Below, piece by piece: positions 1 through 8,689 of a stretch of 55,201 bases of DNA. Under the pieces are notes generated by a model. That model had not been told where the DNA came from, did not search any database, and saw only the letters and a program-made list of their open reading frames with translations. The stretch's first letter is position 1; every line of letters begins with the position of its first letter. Made by a program: the position numbers and the translations under genes. The stretch covers positions 1 to 55,201 of the forward strand of contig JAUXAD010000002.1 in NCBI GenBank assembly GCA_030620045.1, written 5' to 3'. This DNA comes from an archaeon. GTDB taxonomy: Archaea > Nanobdellota > Nanobdellia > Pacearchaeales > GW2011-AR1.

Positions 1-567
1 CTTCATGAAACTGATAAGATATTTTTAGCCAGATTAAATGAATTAATTAAAAAATCTACAGAAAGTTTCAAAGAATATGAATATTCAAAAGTTAAGTCAG
101 GTGTTGATAATTTTTTCTGGAAGATTTTTTGCGACAATTATCTTGAGATTGTTAAACATAGAGTTTATAATGGAACTAAAAAAGAAAAAGAATCTGCTTT
201 TTTTACTTTGTATCATTCTTTACTTGCTATTTTGAAGATGATAGCTCCAATTACCCCTTTTATTACAGAAGAAATTTATCAAAATTACTATAGAAAATAT
301 GAAAAAGAAAAAAGTATTCATATTTCTGAATGGCCTAAAATATTTAAATTAGAGCAAGATAAAAAGAAAATTTTTGATTTGATGATTAAAATTATTTCAA
401 AAGTTAGACAAGAAAAATCAAAGGTTAATAAATCAGTTAAAGCCGAGATTGTTTTAACAATTACTAAAGAAGATAGAACAAAATTAAAAGGAGTTTTAGA
501 TGATTTGAAATCTGTTGTAAATGCTAAAGAAATTAAACAAGGAAAGTTTAAAGTAGGATTTGTTTAG
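1..567 (+). CDS. valS: valyl-tRNA synthetase, C-terminal fragment (5' end outside window)
   Basis: Frame 1 is open from nt 1 (LHETDKIFLARLNELI...). It carries the class Ia anticodon-binding-domain pattern FFWKIFCDNYLEIVKHR and APITPFITEEIY, typical of ValRS. Stop at 565-567. Confidence 0.7.
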   Translation, partial: LHETDKIFLARLNELIKKSTESFKEYEYSKVKSGVDNFFWKIFCDNYLEIVKHRVYNGTKKEKESAFFTLYHSLLAILKMIAPITPFITEEIYQNYYRKYEKEKSIHISEWPKIFKLEQDKKKIFDLMIKIISKVRQEKSKVNKSVKAEIVLTITKEDRTKLKGVLDDLKSVVNAKEIKQGKFKVGFV

Positions 568-608
568 ACTATACAAATATTTTTAAAGTAATTTCTTATT
601 TTTTTAGG

Positions 609-869
609 ATGATTTCAAAGAGTAAACTTCTTGAGCTTATGAAAAGATTTGAAGAGATTCCTTTAGACAAAAAAAGGTTGACAGTAATGAGAAATCATGA
701 TCATCTTGTTATTGTTAAAGATTCTGTTAAAGACTATCTTTTTGGAAAAATAGAATACAGAGGGAAAGGCCGTATTTATGGTCTAGAAGTTGAAGGTGAA
801 CAAATGAAACTGTCTTATTCTAATTTAGAAAGAATTTTTGCAAATAACAAAAAAATTAATACTACTTAA
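609..869 (+). CDS. hypothetical protein (86 aa)
   Basis: ATG-initiated ORF in a tight same-strand series between valS and aRF1. No recognisable motif. Confidence 0.4.
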   Translation: MISKSKLLELMKRFEEIPLDKKRLTVMRNHDHLVIVKDSVKDYLFGKIEYRGKGRIYGLEVEGEQMKLSYSNLERIFANNKKINTT

Positions 870-899
870 TTTTATAAATATGTTCTGATTCTATAAACT

Positions 900-1985
900 A
901 TGGTTTTAACTAAAGAAGAACTTGAAGAGATTGTTGAAGAACTTGAAACTTATAAGGGGAAGCATACAGAACTTATTACAGTTTATATTCCTGCAGGGTA
1001 TGATGTTAATTCTGTTCAGAGGCAGCTTGAAGGAGAAAAAGCTACTGCAAAGAATATTAAATCAACTACGACGAGAAAGAATGTTGTTGATGCTCTTGAT
1101 AAAATTGTGAGGCATTTGAAGACTCTTAAAAAAACACCTGAAAATGGTCTTGCTTTATTTTGTGGGAATATTTCTCAAGTTGAAGGGCAATTGGATTTAG
1201 GGTTCTGGGATATTGAACCTACTATGCCTTTGAAAATTAGGTTGTATAGATGTGATAAAGAATTTGTTTTAGATCCCTTAAAAGCAATGCTTGAAGTTTC
1301 TGAAGTTTTTGGTCTGCTTGTAATGGACAGAAAGGAAGCAACTATTGGATTATTGGAAGGGAAAAGAATAGAAACTTTACAAAAAATGACTTCAGGTATT
1401 CCAAGTAAGATTCGGGCTGGTGGTCAATCGAGCCAAAGGTTTCATAGGATTACAGAGGGTTTGACAAAAGAATTCTATAAAAGAATTGCAGAACAAATGA
1501 AAAAGATTTTTTTTGCCATGCCTAAGCTTAAAGGAATTTTGATTGGAGGTCCTATGCCTACGAAAGATGAATTTCTTGATAGCGAATATATGGTGACAAA
1601 GTTAAGGGATAAGGTTATCGGTAAAGTAGATATTGGTGGTTCTGATGAATCTGGATTAAAAGAACTTGTTATAAAGTCACAAGATATTTTAGCAGACCAG
1701 GAGATAATTCATGAAAAAAAGATTTTAGAAAAGTTTTTTAAAACTTTAGGCGAGAGGCCGGATATGGCAACACTGCGTGAGGAGGACACTAAACAAGCTT
1801 TGAAATATGGTGCTGTTGATTTACTTATTTTGTCTAAAGACACAGATAAAAAGATTTCAAAGGAATTTAAAAAATTGGCAGAAGATATGAGCTCAAGTAT
1901 TGAAATTGTTTCTACAGAGACAGAAGAAGGATTGCAATTTAAAAATTTAGGTGGGATTGGTTCTATATTGAGGTTTAGGGTTTGA
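900..1985 (+). CDS. prf1: peptide chain release factor aRF1
   Basis: NIKS motif (TAKNIKSTTTRKN) and GGQ motif (RAGGQSSQRF) at the expected spacing. At 361 aa it is somewhat short for aRF1. Confidence 0.93.
   Translation: MVLTKEELEEIVEELETYKGKHTELITVYIPAGYDVNSVQRQLEGEKATAKNIKSTTTRKNVVDALDKIVRHLKTLKKTPENGLALFCGNISQVEGQLDLGFWDIEPTMPLKIRLYRCDKEFVLDPLKAMLEVSEVFGLLVMDRKEATIGLLEGKRIETLQKMTSGIPSKIRAGGQSSQRFHRITEGLTKEFYKRIAEQMKKIFFAMPKLKGILIGGPMPTKDEFLDSEYMVTKLRDKVIGKVDIGGSDESGLKELVIKSQDILADQEIIHEKKILEKFFKTLGERPDMATLREEDTKQALKYGAVDLLILSKDTDKKISKEFKKLAEDMSSSIEIVSTETEEGLQFKNLGGIGSILRFRV
1938..1985 (+). repeat. copy 1 of a 48-nt direct repeat (last 15 codons plus stop of aRF1, FKNLGGIGSILRFRV*)
   Basis: 41/48 nt identical to 3078-3125 by hand count. 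Confidence 0.85.
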
Positions 1986-2034
1986 TAAATTAATTAGAAA
2001 AATTGATAATGAAAATTATTTTCACAGAACATAT

Positions 2035-2145
2035 GCGATTAACAGAAGTTTGCGAAGCAAATTTGGGTCGAGGCTCTGCAAGAGCCGAGCCTGTTAATCG
2101 CGGTTATGTGGGGAGCCTGCAAGGCGACCGACCGAAGGGACAGTT
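2035..2145 (+). ncRNA. candidate structured RNA of unknown family (GC-rich island)
   Basis: A perfect 11-bp helix (2035-2045 GCGATTAACAG with 2091-2101 CTGTTAATCGC) encloses two hairpins, at 2046-2064 and 2072-2086. A further hairpin lies at 2115-2125 and a T-run follows at 2144-2147. GC is clearly above the local background. Confidence 0.3.
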
Positions 2146-2162
2146 TTCAAAACCACTTTCTT

Positions 2163-2597
2163 TTATAAATTCATTAAGAAAATAAAATAAAATTCCCCCA
2201 TAATTCCGTATAGATACCAAATTGGCGCATGTTCTAAACAAATTAAGCCATAAAGATTTGATTTGTATTTTTTGCCAAATATTTTTATGGAATAATCTTC
2301 ATAATTCCAAGGAGAGACTCCAACAGCCTTTTTTATTAAAAACCCCGAAACAAATTCAAGCAAATAAAAGGCAAACATATAGATTATTCCTTTAATAAAA
2401 ATATTTGTTCCTTGAAAATGCGCCAATACAAATATATAGATGAATGGCACGATAGCATAAATGAGAAACATCCACAAGTATGTTTCTCCAGTTAATCTAG
2501 GATTTTTTGTTTTAATTGAATTTAAAATTGATGCCCAAAAAACCTCCATAGTTATTCCAATTAAAACAAATCCGATAATCGTTTGAATGAGTGCCAT
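2163..2597 (-). CDS. small polytopic membrane protein (resembles the PF06541 CmpB-like family)
   Basis: 144 aa with about 4 hydrophobic helices. The SPWNYEDYS...LICLEHAPIW pattern recalls the PWDYS motif of that family. The family call is tentative. Confidence 0.5.
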   Translation of the reverse strand: MALIQTIIGFVLIGITMEVFWASILNSIKTKNPRLTGETYLWMFLIYAIVPFIYIFVLAHFQGTNIFIKGIIYMFAFYLLEFVSGFLIKKAVGVSPWNYEDYSIKIFGKKYKSNLYGLICLEHAPIWYLYGIMGEFYFIFLMNL

Positions 2598-2660
2598 GTA
2601 ATAATTTTATTTAACTTAAAATATAAATGTTTTGTAAGTGGTTTTGGAAATTGCACATAA

Positions 2661-2849
2661 CATGCAAAAGACAGAATAAAAAAAAGGAAAATAACAGAGG
2701 ATGAAATTATTAATATAATAAAATATTCCAATAAAACTTATAAAAGAGAAGGAAAATATTATGTTCAAGGAAATATTGGAAGAGCTAACATAGAAGTTGT
2801 CTATGAAAAAGATAAATATATAAATGTTATAACTGTTTATTACATATGA
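2661..2849 (+). pseudogene. DUF4258-like toxin remnant (no start codon, in-frame TAA just upstream)
   Basis: The frame reads HAKDRIKKKRKITEDEIINII...NIEVVYEKDKYINVITVYYI*. This matches the DUF4258 HA..R...R.I pattern. TAA at 2658-2660 directly precedes the HA. The stop overlaps the ATG of the next gene (ATGA). Confidence 0.5.
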
Positions 2850-3058
2850 AAATTACCTTTGATAAAGAAGCAGATGCAGTTTACATAGAGTTTAGTAATG
2901 GAGAATTTGCTTCAAATAAAAAAATAGATGATTTTACTATTATAGATTTGGATGAAAAAGGAAATATTTTAGGGATAGAACTATTAAATGTAAGCAAAAG
3001 AATCTCAAAAGATTTTCTTTCTGATATAAGTGTAAAAAATCTTGTTTCCGCTGAATGA
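2846..3058 (+). CDS. DUF2283-family small protein (usual partner of DUF4258)
   Basis: MKITFDKEADAVYIEF...GNILGIELLNVSKR is the typical DUF2283 sequence pattern. Confidence 0.7.
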   Translation: MKITFDKEADAVYIEFSNGEFASNKKIDDFTIIDLDEKGNILGIELLNVSKRISKDFLSDISVKNLVSAE

Positions 3059-3077
3059 TTTTTTGATAAATTGAGTG

Positions 3078-3125
3078 TTTAAAAATTTAAGTGGGATTGG
3101 GAGTATTTTGAGGTTTAAGGTTTAA
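3078..3125 (+). repeat. copy 2 of the aRF1 3'-end repeat (reads FKNLSGIGSILRFKV*)
   Basis: It lies 1140 nt downstream of copy 1. The 7 nt differences give 2 conservative changes (G->S, R->K). The rest are synonymous, including TCT->AGT, both Ser. Confidence 0.85.
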
Positions 3126-3143
3126 AAGATTTAGTTCTTTGTT

Positions 3144-5012
3144 TTATTGCAAATTTTCAATATAACTTAATGAATCTCCAGATGTTACTGAAGGTAAGAC
3201 TTCACTGACAAAATGATTTGAACTTTGTTTGAAAGTCTGATTCTGTTTTAAAGCCCAGTAAGGTTTATACCAACCCTTTATCTTAAACAAATAATTATCA
3301 TATGAATTTCCTTTAAGGTGAATTATCTTTTCTTCTCCGCTTTCAATACTAAAAGGAGAGAAGTCAGTTTTTATTTCCTTTATATTATATTCAACATCTT
3401 CTGAGAAATCAATTGTAACACTATTAATGACATACCATCCCCCCACATAATCAAGAGTGATATTTAATTCATCTTCCTTTACTGGTACATAAATTAAGAA
3501 GTCTTCCCCTTGCTTGTTAATTACATCTGATTTTGCCCTTATACTCCCTACATCCTCTCCATTTACTAATATGTTCATTCCAAATTGATTAACAGCATCC
3601 CTCCAAATCTTATTTATGATAGGTAAAGAGAATTTATTGTCATAAAATTCAAACCAGTTTGCTCCCAAGTTATTCCATAAATATATTATTACTTGATTTT
3701 GTAAACCAGTATGTCTTGCATTAATAATTATTTTTGCATTATCTCCTTGTTTCCTGAAATAATATGAATCGCCTTCAATTTTATCTGGCTGTCTAGGGTT
3801 AATTACAGAGTGCAAGATGCCAGTATCTTCTTCTGGAAGAAACAAATTATCTGAGTCAATTCCATATATTTTAAAATCAGTAATGTAGGATGTTTCGTCT
3901 TTAAATGGTTCTGTAATTTTAACATAATCTAAATTACCCTTATATGTTTGATAACTGTAATCTTCTAAAGATTTCATAAAACTATGCGCATATGCATCAT
4001 GAACATAAGTGCATTCTTCCCCTGAACAAGCGTATATGTAAGGGCAACCTACTGGATTTGTATCTGGATCTCCAGGATAAAGACACGCTCCATTTATGCA
4101 TGCCCTTCCACCAGTGCATTCTTCTTCTTCTTCTGTACTAGTAGATGTGCTATAACATTCTCCTCCAGAGCATCCTTGATTCCAACATGTAAGGGTATAT
4201 GTTCTCCATGTTCTCCACCCCAACTCCCCATACTTAGACTCACACCCTTCATTAGACACCTGACAATAATCCCCTCCACAGTCTCTTTTTATTTCTTCTC
4301 TGTTCCCGCAACTATCATACCAATATTCATCATTATTAGAACAGCTAACTGAAGCATGGGCACAGCATGTTCCCCCCTTGCAAGTGTTTCCTCCAGGGCA
4401 ACTTCCACAATTTACTGTTCCTTCACAATCATCATCCCATGTTCCACATATATAACCACCTAAACTTGCACAAGTTTTGGGTACACAACAAAACTCATTA
4501 TTATCAATGGCATCTTGAAAACTCCTTCCTGCAGAAATTTCAATTTCATCTGCATAATGATGCACTTTACTTTTATCAACAGGACCTTTATATAAATCTT
4601 TCAAGGGAGATGCAGGACAAAGTTTATTTGGTTTTCCCATCGCATCAAACAAATACATTTCACCGTCTTTTACAGAAACCCAAATTTCATTTGCACTATG
4701 ACTTGGGTTTGAAATTTCTGAGATTGGAGGGTCAGAATAATTATAACTCCCATCAAACCTAAATTCATTCATAATTATTACTTGTTGCAATGTTTTTGTA
4801 TCTCCATCAACCCTAAGAAAAATATTTTCTCCATAATGATGTGAAGGAGTTTGTCCACTTATAGCAAAACCACCTATACCAATTTTTTCCCCGACTATTA
4901 AATCAACACTTGCTATAATTAGAATCAAAACACTTATCGCTGTCAGCACATATACTAATCTGTTAGAAACTTTTTTTCTTTTTCCTCTCTTTTTCATCTT
5001 ATTCCTAAGCAC
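3144..5012 (-). CDS. membrane-anchored or secreted Cys-rich surface protein
   Basis: 622 aa. Basic N-terminus plus one TM helix (LVYVLTAISVLILIIA). Central block very rich in Cys and Gly (CGSCPGGNTCKGGTCC...). Confidence 0.6.
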   Translation of the reverse strand: MLRNKMKKRGKRKKVSNRLVYVLTAISVLILIIASVDLIVGEKIGIGGFAISGQTPSHHYGENIFLRVDGDTKTLQQVIIMNEFRFDGSYNYSDPPISEISNPSHSANEIWVSVKDGEMYLFDAMGKPNKLCPASPLKDLYKGPVDKSKVHHYADEIEISAGRSFQDAIDNNEFCCVPKTCASLGGYICGTWDDDCEGTVNCGSCPGGNTCKGGTCCAHASVSCSNNDEYWYDSCGNREEIKRDCGGDYCQVSNEGCESKYGELGWRTWRTYTLTCWNQGCSGGECYSTSTSTEEEEECTGGRACINGACLYPGDPDTNPVGCPYIYACSGEECTYVHDAYAHSFMKSLEDYSYQTYKGNLDYVKITEPFKDETSYITDFKIYGIDSDNLFLPEEDTGILHSVINPRQPDKIEGDSYYFRKQGDNAKIIINARHTGLQNQVIIYLWNNLGANWFEFYDNKFSLPIINKIWRDAVNQFGMNILVNGEDVGSIRAKSDVINKQGEDFLIYVPVKEDELNITLDYVGGWYVINSVTIDFSEDVEYNIKEIKTDFSPFSIESGEEKIIHLKGNSYDNYLFKIKGWYKPYWALKQNQTFKQSSNHFVSEVLPSVTSGDSLSYIENLQ

Positions 5013-5047
5013 AATAATCTTTTAAACATTGCCATTTTATATGTCTA

Positions 5048-5599
5048 ATGGACATTTCATCTAAAACAATAAATGAAATTGACGAAGCAAAACAAATCGA
5101 AGATTTAAAAAAAATTGAGGCGGTTTTTTTTGTTTCTGGAAGATTTTTATCAATGCAGGAATTAATTTCCTTGACTGATTTGAATCCTATTATAATTCAA
5201 GAATTAATAGAGAATCTTAAAAAGAAATATGACAGGAGTGATTCAGCGATTGAGATTGTAGAAAAGAATGGCTTATGGAAAATGGATGTAAAGCAAGAGT
5301 ATTCTGGAATAATAAATAAATTAGCTACTGGAAACTCAGAATTTTCCAAAGCAGAGCAGGAGACACTTGCAATCATAGCATATAAACAACCAATGAAACA
5401 GTCAGTTGTAGTTAAAATCCGTGGGAACAAAGCTTATGAGCACATAAAAAAGTTCTTTGATTTAGGATTAATTAGAAAGAAAAAAATGGGGCATACTAAT
5501 GAATTAAGTTTAAGCAATGAATTCTATGATTATTTTAATTTAACTGATTCTGATACTGGATTACAAGAATCTTTAAAAGAGAAATCAACTGAAGAGTGA
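5048..5599 (+). CDS. scpB: segregation and condensation protein B
   Basis: IEAVFFVSGRFLS...ELI, KAEQETLAIIAYKQPMKQSVVVKIRG and the FYDYFNL end match the ScpB double winged-helix pattern. Confidence 0.85.
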   Translation: MDISSKTINEIDEAKQIEDLKKIEAVFFVSGRFLSMQELISLTDLNPIIIQELIENLKKKYDRSDSAIEIVEKNGLWKMDVKQEYSGIINKLATGNSEFSKAEQETLAIIAYKQPMKQSVVVKIRGNKAYEHIKKFFDLGLIRKKKMGHTNELSLSNEFYDYFNLTDSDTGLQESLKEKSTEE

Positions 5600-5600
5600 T

Positions 5601-6833
5601 ATGGAAATCCTTCCAATAATTTATTTGATGTATATGTTTATTGCTATTTATTTTCTTTTTTTATTTTTATTATTATATTTTAGGAACAAAAAGGAATTGT
5701 TTGATTATCCAAAAGCAACGAGGAAATATTCTTTGAGTATTGTTGTTCCTTGTTATAATGAAGAGAACGATATAGGAGGAACAATTGAAGCACTTTTAAA
5801 AATAGAATATGATAATCTAAAGAAAATAATTGTTGTTGATGATTGTAGTACAGATAATTCTTATGAGATAATAAAAAAATTTGCAGAAAAATATCCAAAA
5901 GTTTTGGCTGTTCAAACACCTGAAAATTCAGGTAATGCTGCTGGCGCTAAAAATTATGGTGCTGAATTTGTTGATACAGAATTAATTGGTTTTACAGATG
6001 CTGATAGTTATCCTGCTGAAGATTCTGTTGAGAAAATGGTGGGTTTTTTTGACGATGAAAAAGTTGGAGCTGCTACTTGTATCTGTATCCCTAGAAATGA
6101 AAATAAATTTCTTGAGAAATTACAGGTAATGGAGTATAACATTATTGCTTTTACAAGGAAACTTCTAGGTTATATTGATGCGATTTATGTGACTCCTGGA
6201 CCCTTGGGAATCTACAGAAATTCTGCATTTAAAGAAATTGGTGGTTTTGATTCAAAAAATATGACAGAAGATATTGAAATCACATGGCATTTGGTCTATG
6301 CAGGTTATAAAATAAAAATGTGTTTATCTACTTATGCAACAACAACTGTTCCAAATAAATTTAGACAATGGTATAAACAGAGAAGACGGTGGAATCTTGG
6401 AGGATTGCAATGTATTGCGAAATATAAAAAATATTTTTTGAGAAAAGGTATGCTTGGTTTTTTTATACTGCCTTTTTTTGTACTACAGCTTTTTTTAGGT
6501 TTATTAGGTATTAGTGTATTTGTTTATTTGGTTACAACCAGAATTCTTAGCAATTATATTTTTGCTACATATTCTATTCAGATGGGAACACCATTAATAA
6601 CTATGAATGATTTACATATTACTACAAGTTTTCTTAATTATTTGGGGATTATCCTATTTATTGTGGGGGGAATATTTATTCTTTTGGTTTTGTCTATCAT
6701 GAAAAAAGAGATATTGAAGAAGCATAATATTTTTAATATGCTATTTTATTCACTTGTTTATGTTTCAATGGCTCCTTTTATTATGATAACTACAATATAT
6801 CACTTTATTAAAGGAAATTATAAATGGAGATAA
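5601..6833 (+). CDS. membrane glycosyltransferase family 2 (processive type)
   Basis: SIVVPCYNEE, VVDDCSTDNS, the DAD motif (FTDADSY) and the Q-R-R-R-W motif (KQRRRWNLGG). TM helices flank the catalytic domain. Confidence 0.85.
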   Translation: MEILPIIYLMYMFIAIYFLFLFLLLYFRNKKELFDYPKATRKYSLSIVVPCYNEENDIGGTIEALLKIEYDNLKKIIVVDDCSTDNSYEIIKKFAEKYPKVLAVQTPENSGNAAGAKNYGAEFVDTELIGFTDADSYPAEDSVEKMVGFFDDEKVGAATCICIPRNENKFLEKLQVMEYNIIAFTRKLLGYIDAIYVTPGPLGIYRNSAFKEIGGFDSKNMTEDIEITWHLVYAGYKIKMCLSTYATTTVPNKFRQWYKQRRRWNLGGLQCIAKYKKYFLRKGMLGFFILPFFVLQLFLGLLGISVFVYLVTTRILSNYIFATYSIQMGTPLITMNDLHITTSFLNYLGIILFIVGGIFILLVLSIMKKEILKKHNIFNMLFYSLVYVSMAPFIMITTIYHFIKGNYKWR

Positions 6834-6834
6834 A

Positions 6835-7488
6835 ATGGTCAATCAAAAATATATTCTTTTGTATGCGTTGATTTTAACTTTTGTTGTTTTTAATATTGGG
6901 ATATTTATGGGTTATATGCTTGAATCCTCGAGAATTGGCGAGATAAATAAATTGTATTTAGAAGCTGAAATGGAGCTTCTTGACCAGAGAATACAAAAAG
7001 ATGCATTAGAGATTATTGATTTTGATTGTGATGCAATGGTTGAGGAGAATATAAAATTTGCAGATAAAATCTATGAAGAAGCTTTACTCATACAGAGATA
7101 TGAAGATGCGAATAAAATTAATAAAGATGTAATTTTTCAGCATAAGAGATATGATCTTTTGAGAACTTTATTCTGGATTAATAGCATGAGAATAAAAGAA
7201 AAATGCAATTCTAATTATCATAATATTGTTTATTTTTACAAATATAATAATCCTTCAATTGAACAAGAATCTAAGCAGAGATTTTTTTCAAATTTATTAT
7301 CTCAAATAAAGGAAAAATTTGGGAATGAAATTATGTTGATTCCTATAGCAGGAGATAATGATATTTCTTCAATTAACTTGCTATTGGGTAAATATGATAT
7401 AAAAGAATTACCTGTTATTTTAATTGATGAAGAATTTTTAATATATGATTTAGAAAAGAGAGAGGATATTGAAAAGTATCTTGTTTGA
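6835..7488 (+). CDS. hypothetical N-terminally anchored membrane protein
   Basis: 217 aa with one N-terminal TM helix. Starts 2 nt after the GT2 gene stop. Confidence 0.5.
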   Translation: MVNQKYILLYALILTFVVFNIGIFMGYMLESSRIGEINKLYLEAEMELLDQRIQKDALEIIDFDCDAMVEENIKFADKIYEEALLIQRYEDANKINKDVIFQHKRYDLLRTLFWINSMRIKEKCNSNYHNIVYFYKYNNPSIEQESKQRFFSNLLSQIKEKFGNEIMLIPIAGDNDISSINLLLGKYDIKELPVILIDEEFLIYDLEKREDIEKYLV

Positions 7489-7542
7489 TTTATTGTTTTA
7501 TATTATACAAATATTAAAAAATAGATTTAAGTAAGTTATTCT

Positions 7543-8271
7543 ATGGATGAATGTTTCAAATGCGGTGTTTCTGGGAAGAGAATAAGATTGTTTGACGCAA
7601 TTTCTGGGAAAGGAATTGTTAAGATTTGTAAGGAATGTGTTTCTGGGGAAAAGATTCCCCTTATTAAAAAGCCATCTGAAATTTTTACTCGTCCAGTTTT
7701 AAATAGTGGTTTGAAAAAAATGGGAGAAACTGTTTATGAAAAAGTTTCTCGTATGTCTGGATTTGATTCAAAAAATAAGAAATCTGAAGGAGAAAAAGAA
7801 TTTTCGCAGAAACAGGAAACTACTTTGAAGGATATTATAGATAAGAATTTTAAAACTCAAATTAAAGAGGAATTAAAACCAAGGGCTGATTTAGTTGATA
7901 ATTTTCATTGGGTTATTATGAGGGCAAGAAGGTCAAAACACATAACACAGGAGCAACTTGCAGAAGCAATTGTTGAACCAGAAGCAGCGATTAAAATGGT
8001 TGAGAGAGGCATTCTTTCTGAGGAGGGTTATAAGTTCATCAGTAAACTTGAAAATTATTTGGGAATAAAACTTGTGAAAAAGGAATTTGCAGAAAAGATT
8101 GAGGAAAAACCCAAGGAAATTAGCTTTGACTCTGCAACAACTAAGAGTTTAACAATTTCTGATTTGCAAGAAATGAAACGCAGGAAAGAAGAAGAAATAT
8201 TTGAGGAAAAAGAAGACGTATCTCAAGATGAAAATGATTTAATTTTTGGAAAGAGCAATCATAATCTTTAA
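7543..8271 (+). CDS. zinc-ribbon plus HTH protein, MBF1-like
   Basis: N-terminal CxxC...CxxC (CFKCG...CKEC). Central XRE-type HTH (RARRSKHITQEQLAEAIVEPEAAIKMVERG). Longer than a typical aMBF1. Confidence 0.5.
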   Translation: MDECFKCGVSGKRIRLFDAISGKGIVKICKECVSGEKIPLIKKPSEIFTRPVLNSGLKKMGETVYEKVSRMSGFDSKNKKSEGEKEFSQKQETTLKDIIDKNFKTQIKEELKPRADLVDNFHWVIMRARRSKHITQEQLAEAIVEPEAAIKMVERGILSEEGYKFISKLENYLGIKLVKKEFAEKIEEKPKEISFDSATTKSLTISDLQEMKRRKEEEIFEEKEDVSQDENDLIFGKSNHNL

Positions 8272-8295
8272 AAACTAAAAATTGGTAAGTTCATT

Positions 8296-8559
8296 ATGGA
8301 AATTAATGTTCTTGAAAGTTCAAAAGATGAAATTAAATTAGAACTCGGCAGTGTGACAATAGTAGAAATTCTCAGGGTTTACTTAAACAAGGATTCTTCA
8401 GTTACATTTTCAGCATGGAAAAGAGAACACCCGACAGAAAAACCAATGCTTTTAGTTAAAACAAAAGGCAAAACAGCAAAAAAAGCAATAAGTGATGCAG
8501 TTAATTCTATAACAAAAGATTTGGATAAATTGGAAAGTGACTTTAAAAAACTAAAATAG
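8296..8559 (+). CDS. rpoL: DNA-directed RNA polymerase subunit L (Rpo11)
   Basis: 87 aa. MEINVLESSKDEIKLEL...FSAWKREHPTEKPMLLVKTKG fits the Rpo11/RpoL pattern. Confidence 0.7.
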   Translation: MEINVLESSKDEIKLELGSVTIVEILRVYLNKDSSVTFSAWKREHPTEKPMLLVKTKGKTAKKAISDAVNSITKDLDKLESDFKKLK

Positions 8560-8689
8560 ATAAGAAAAATTATTTTAGTTTTTTCAGATTAATGGCTAAA
8601 ATTTGGTTGGTACAAACGTTGCTCCGCAAGTTTGCATGAAGAAGTTGAAGTAAAGTAATGTTTTTATATGTCCTTTCAATAATTATATT

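Noticed and set aside
2035-2145. Identification of the GC-rich element as 5S rRNA, SRP RNA, RNase P RNA or an H/ACA sRNA
   Set aside because: It is too short for SRP or RNase P RNA. It has no 5S loop motifs, no GGAAAGUCC-type P4 sequence and no clear pseudouridylation pocket or ACA placement. It is left as an unknown family.
2003-2185. 60-aa ORF from the track, lying over the GC-rich element after aRF1
   Set aside because: The sequence forms long perfect helices and hairpins. The peptide (…GRGSARAEPVNRGYVGSLQGDRPKG…) looks like a translation of structured RNA rather than a protein of this AT-rich genome.
3061-3072. 11-mer TTTGATAAATT, found just before aRF1 repeat copy 2 and also straddling the aRF1 stop (1981-1991)
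   Set aside because: It is short and AT-rich. Matches of this length are expected many times by chance in this composition.
4094-4762. ORFs 4094-4279 (-) and 4367-4762 (+) inside the Cys-rich protein gene
   Set aside because: They are alternative-frame or antisense shadows of the 622-aa gene. Their His/Leu/Phe-rich composition reflects Cys/Gly codons read out of frame.
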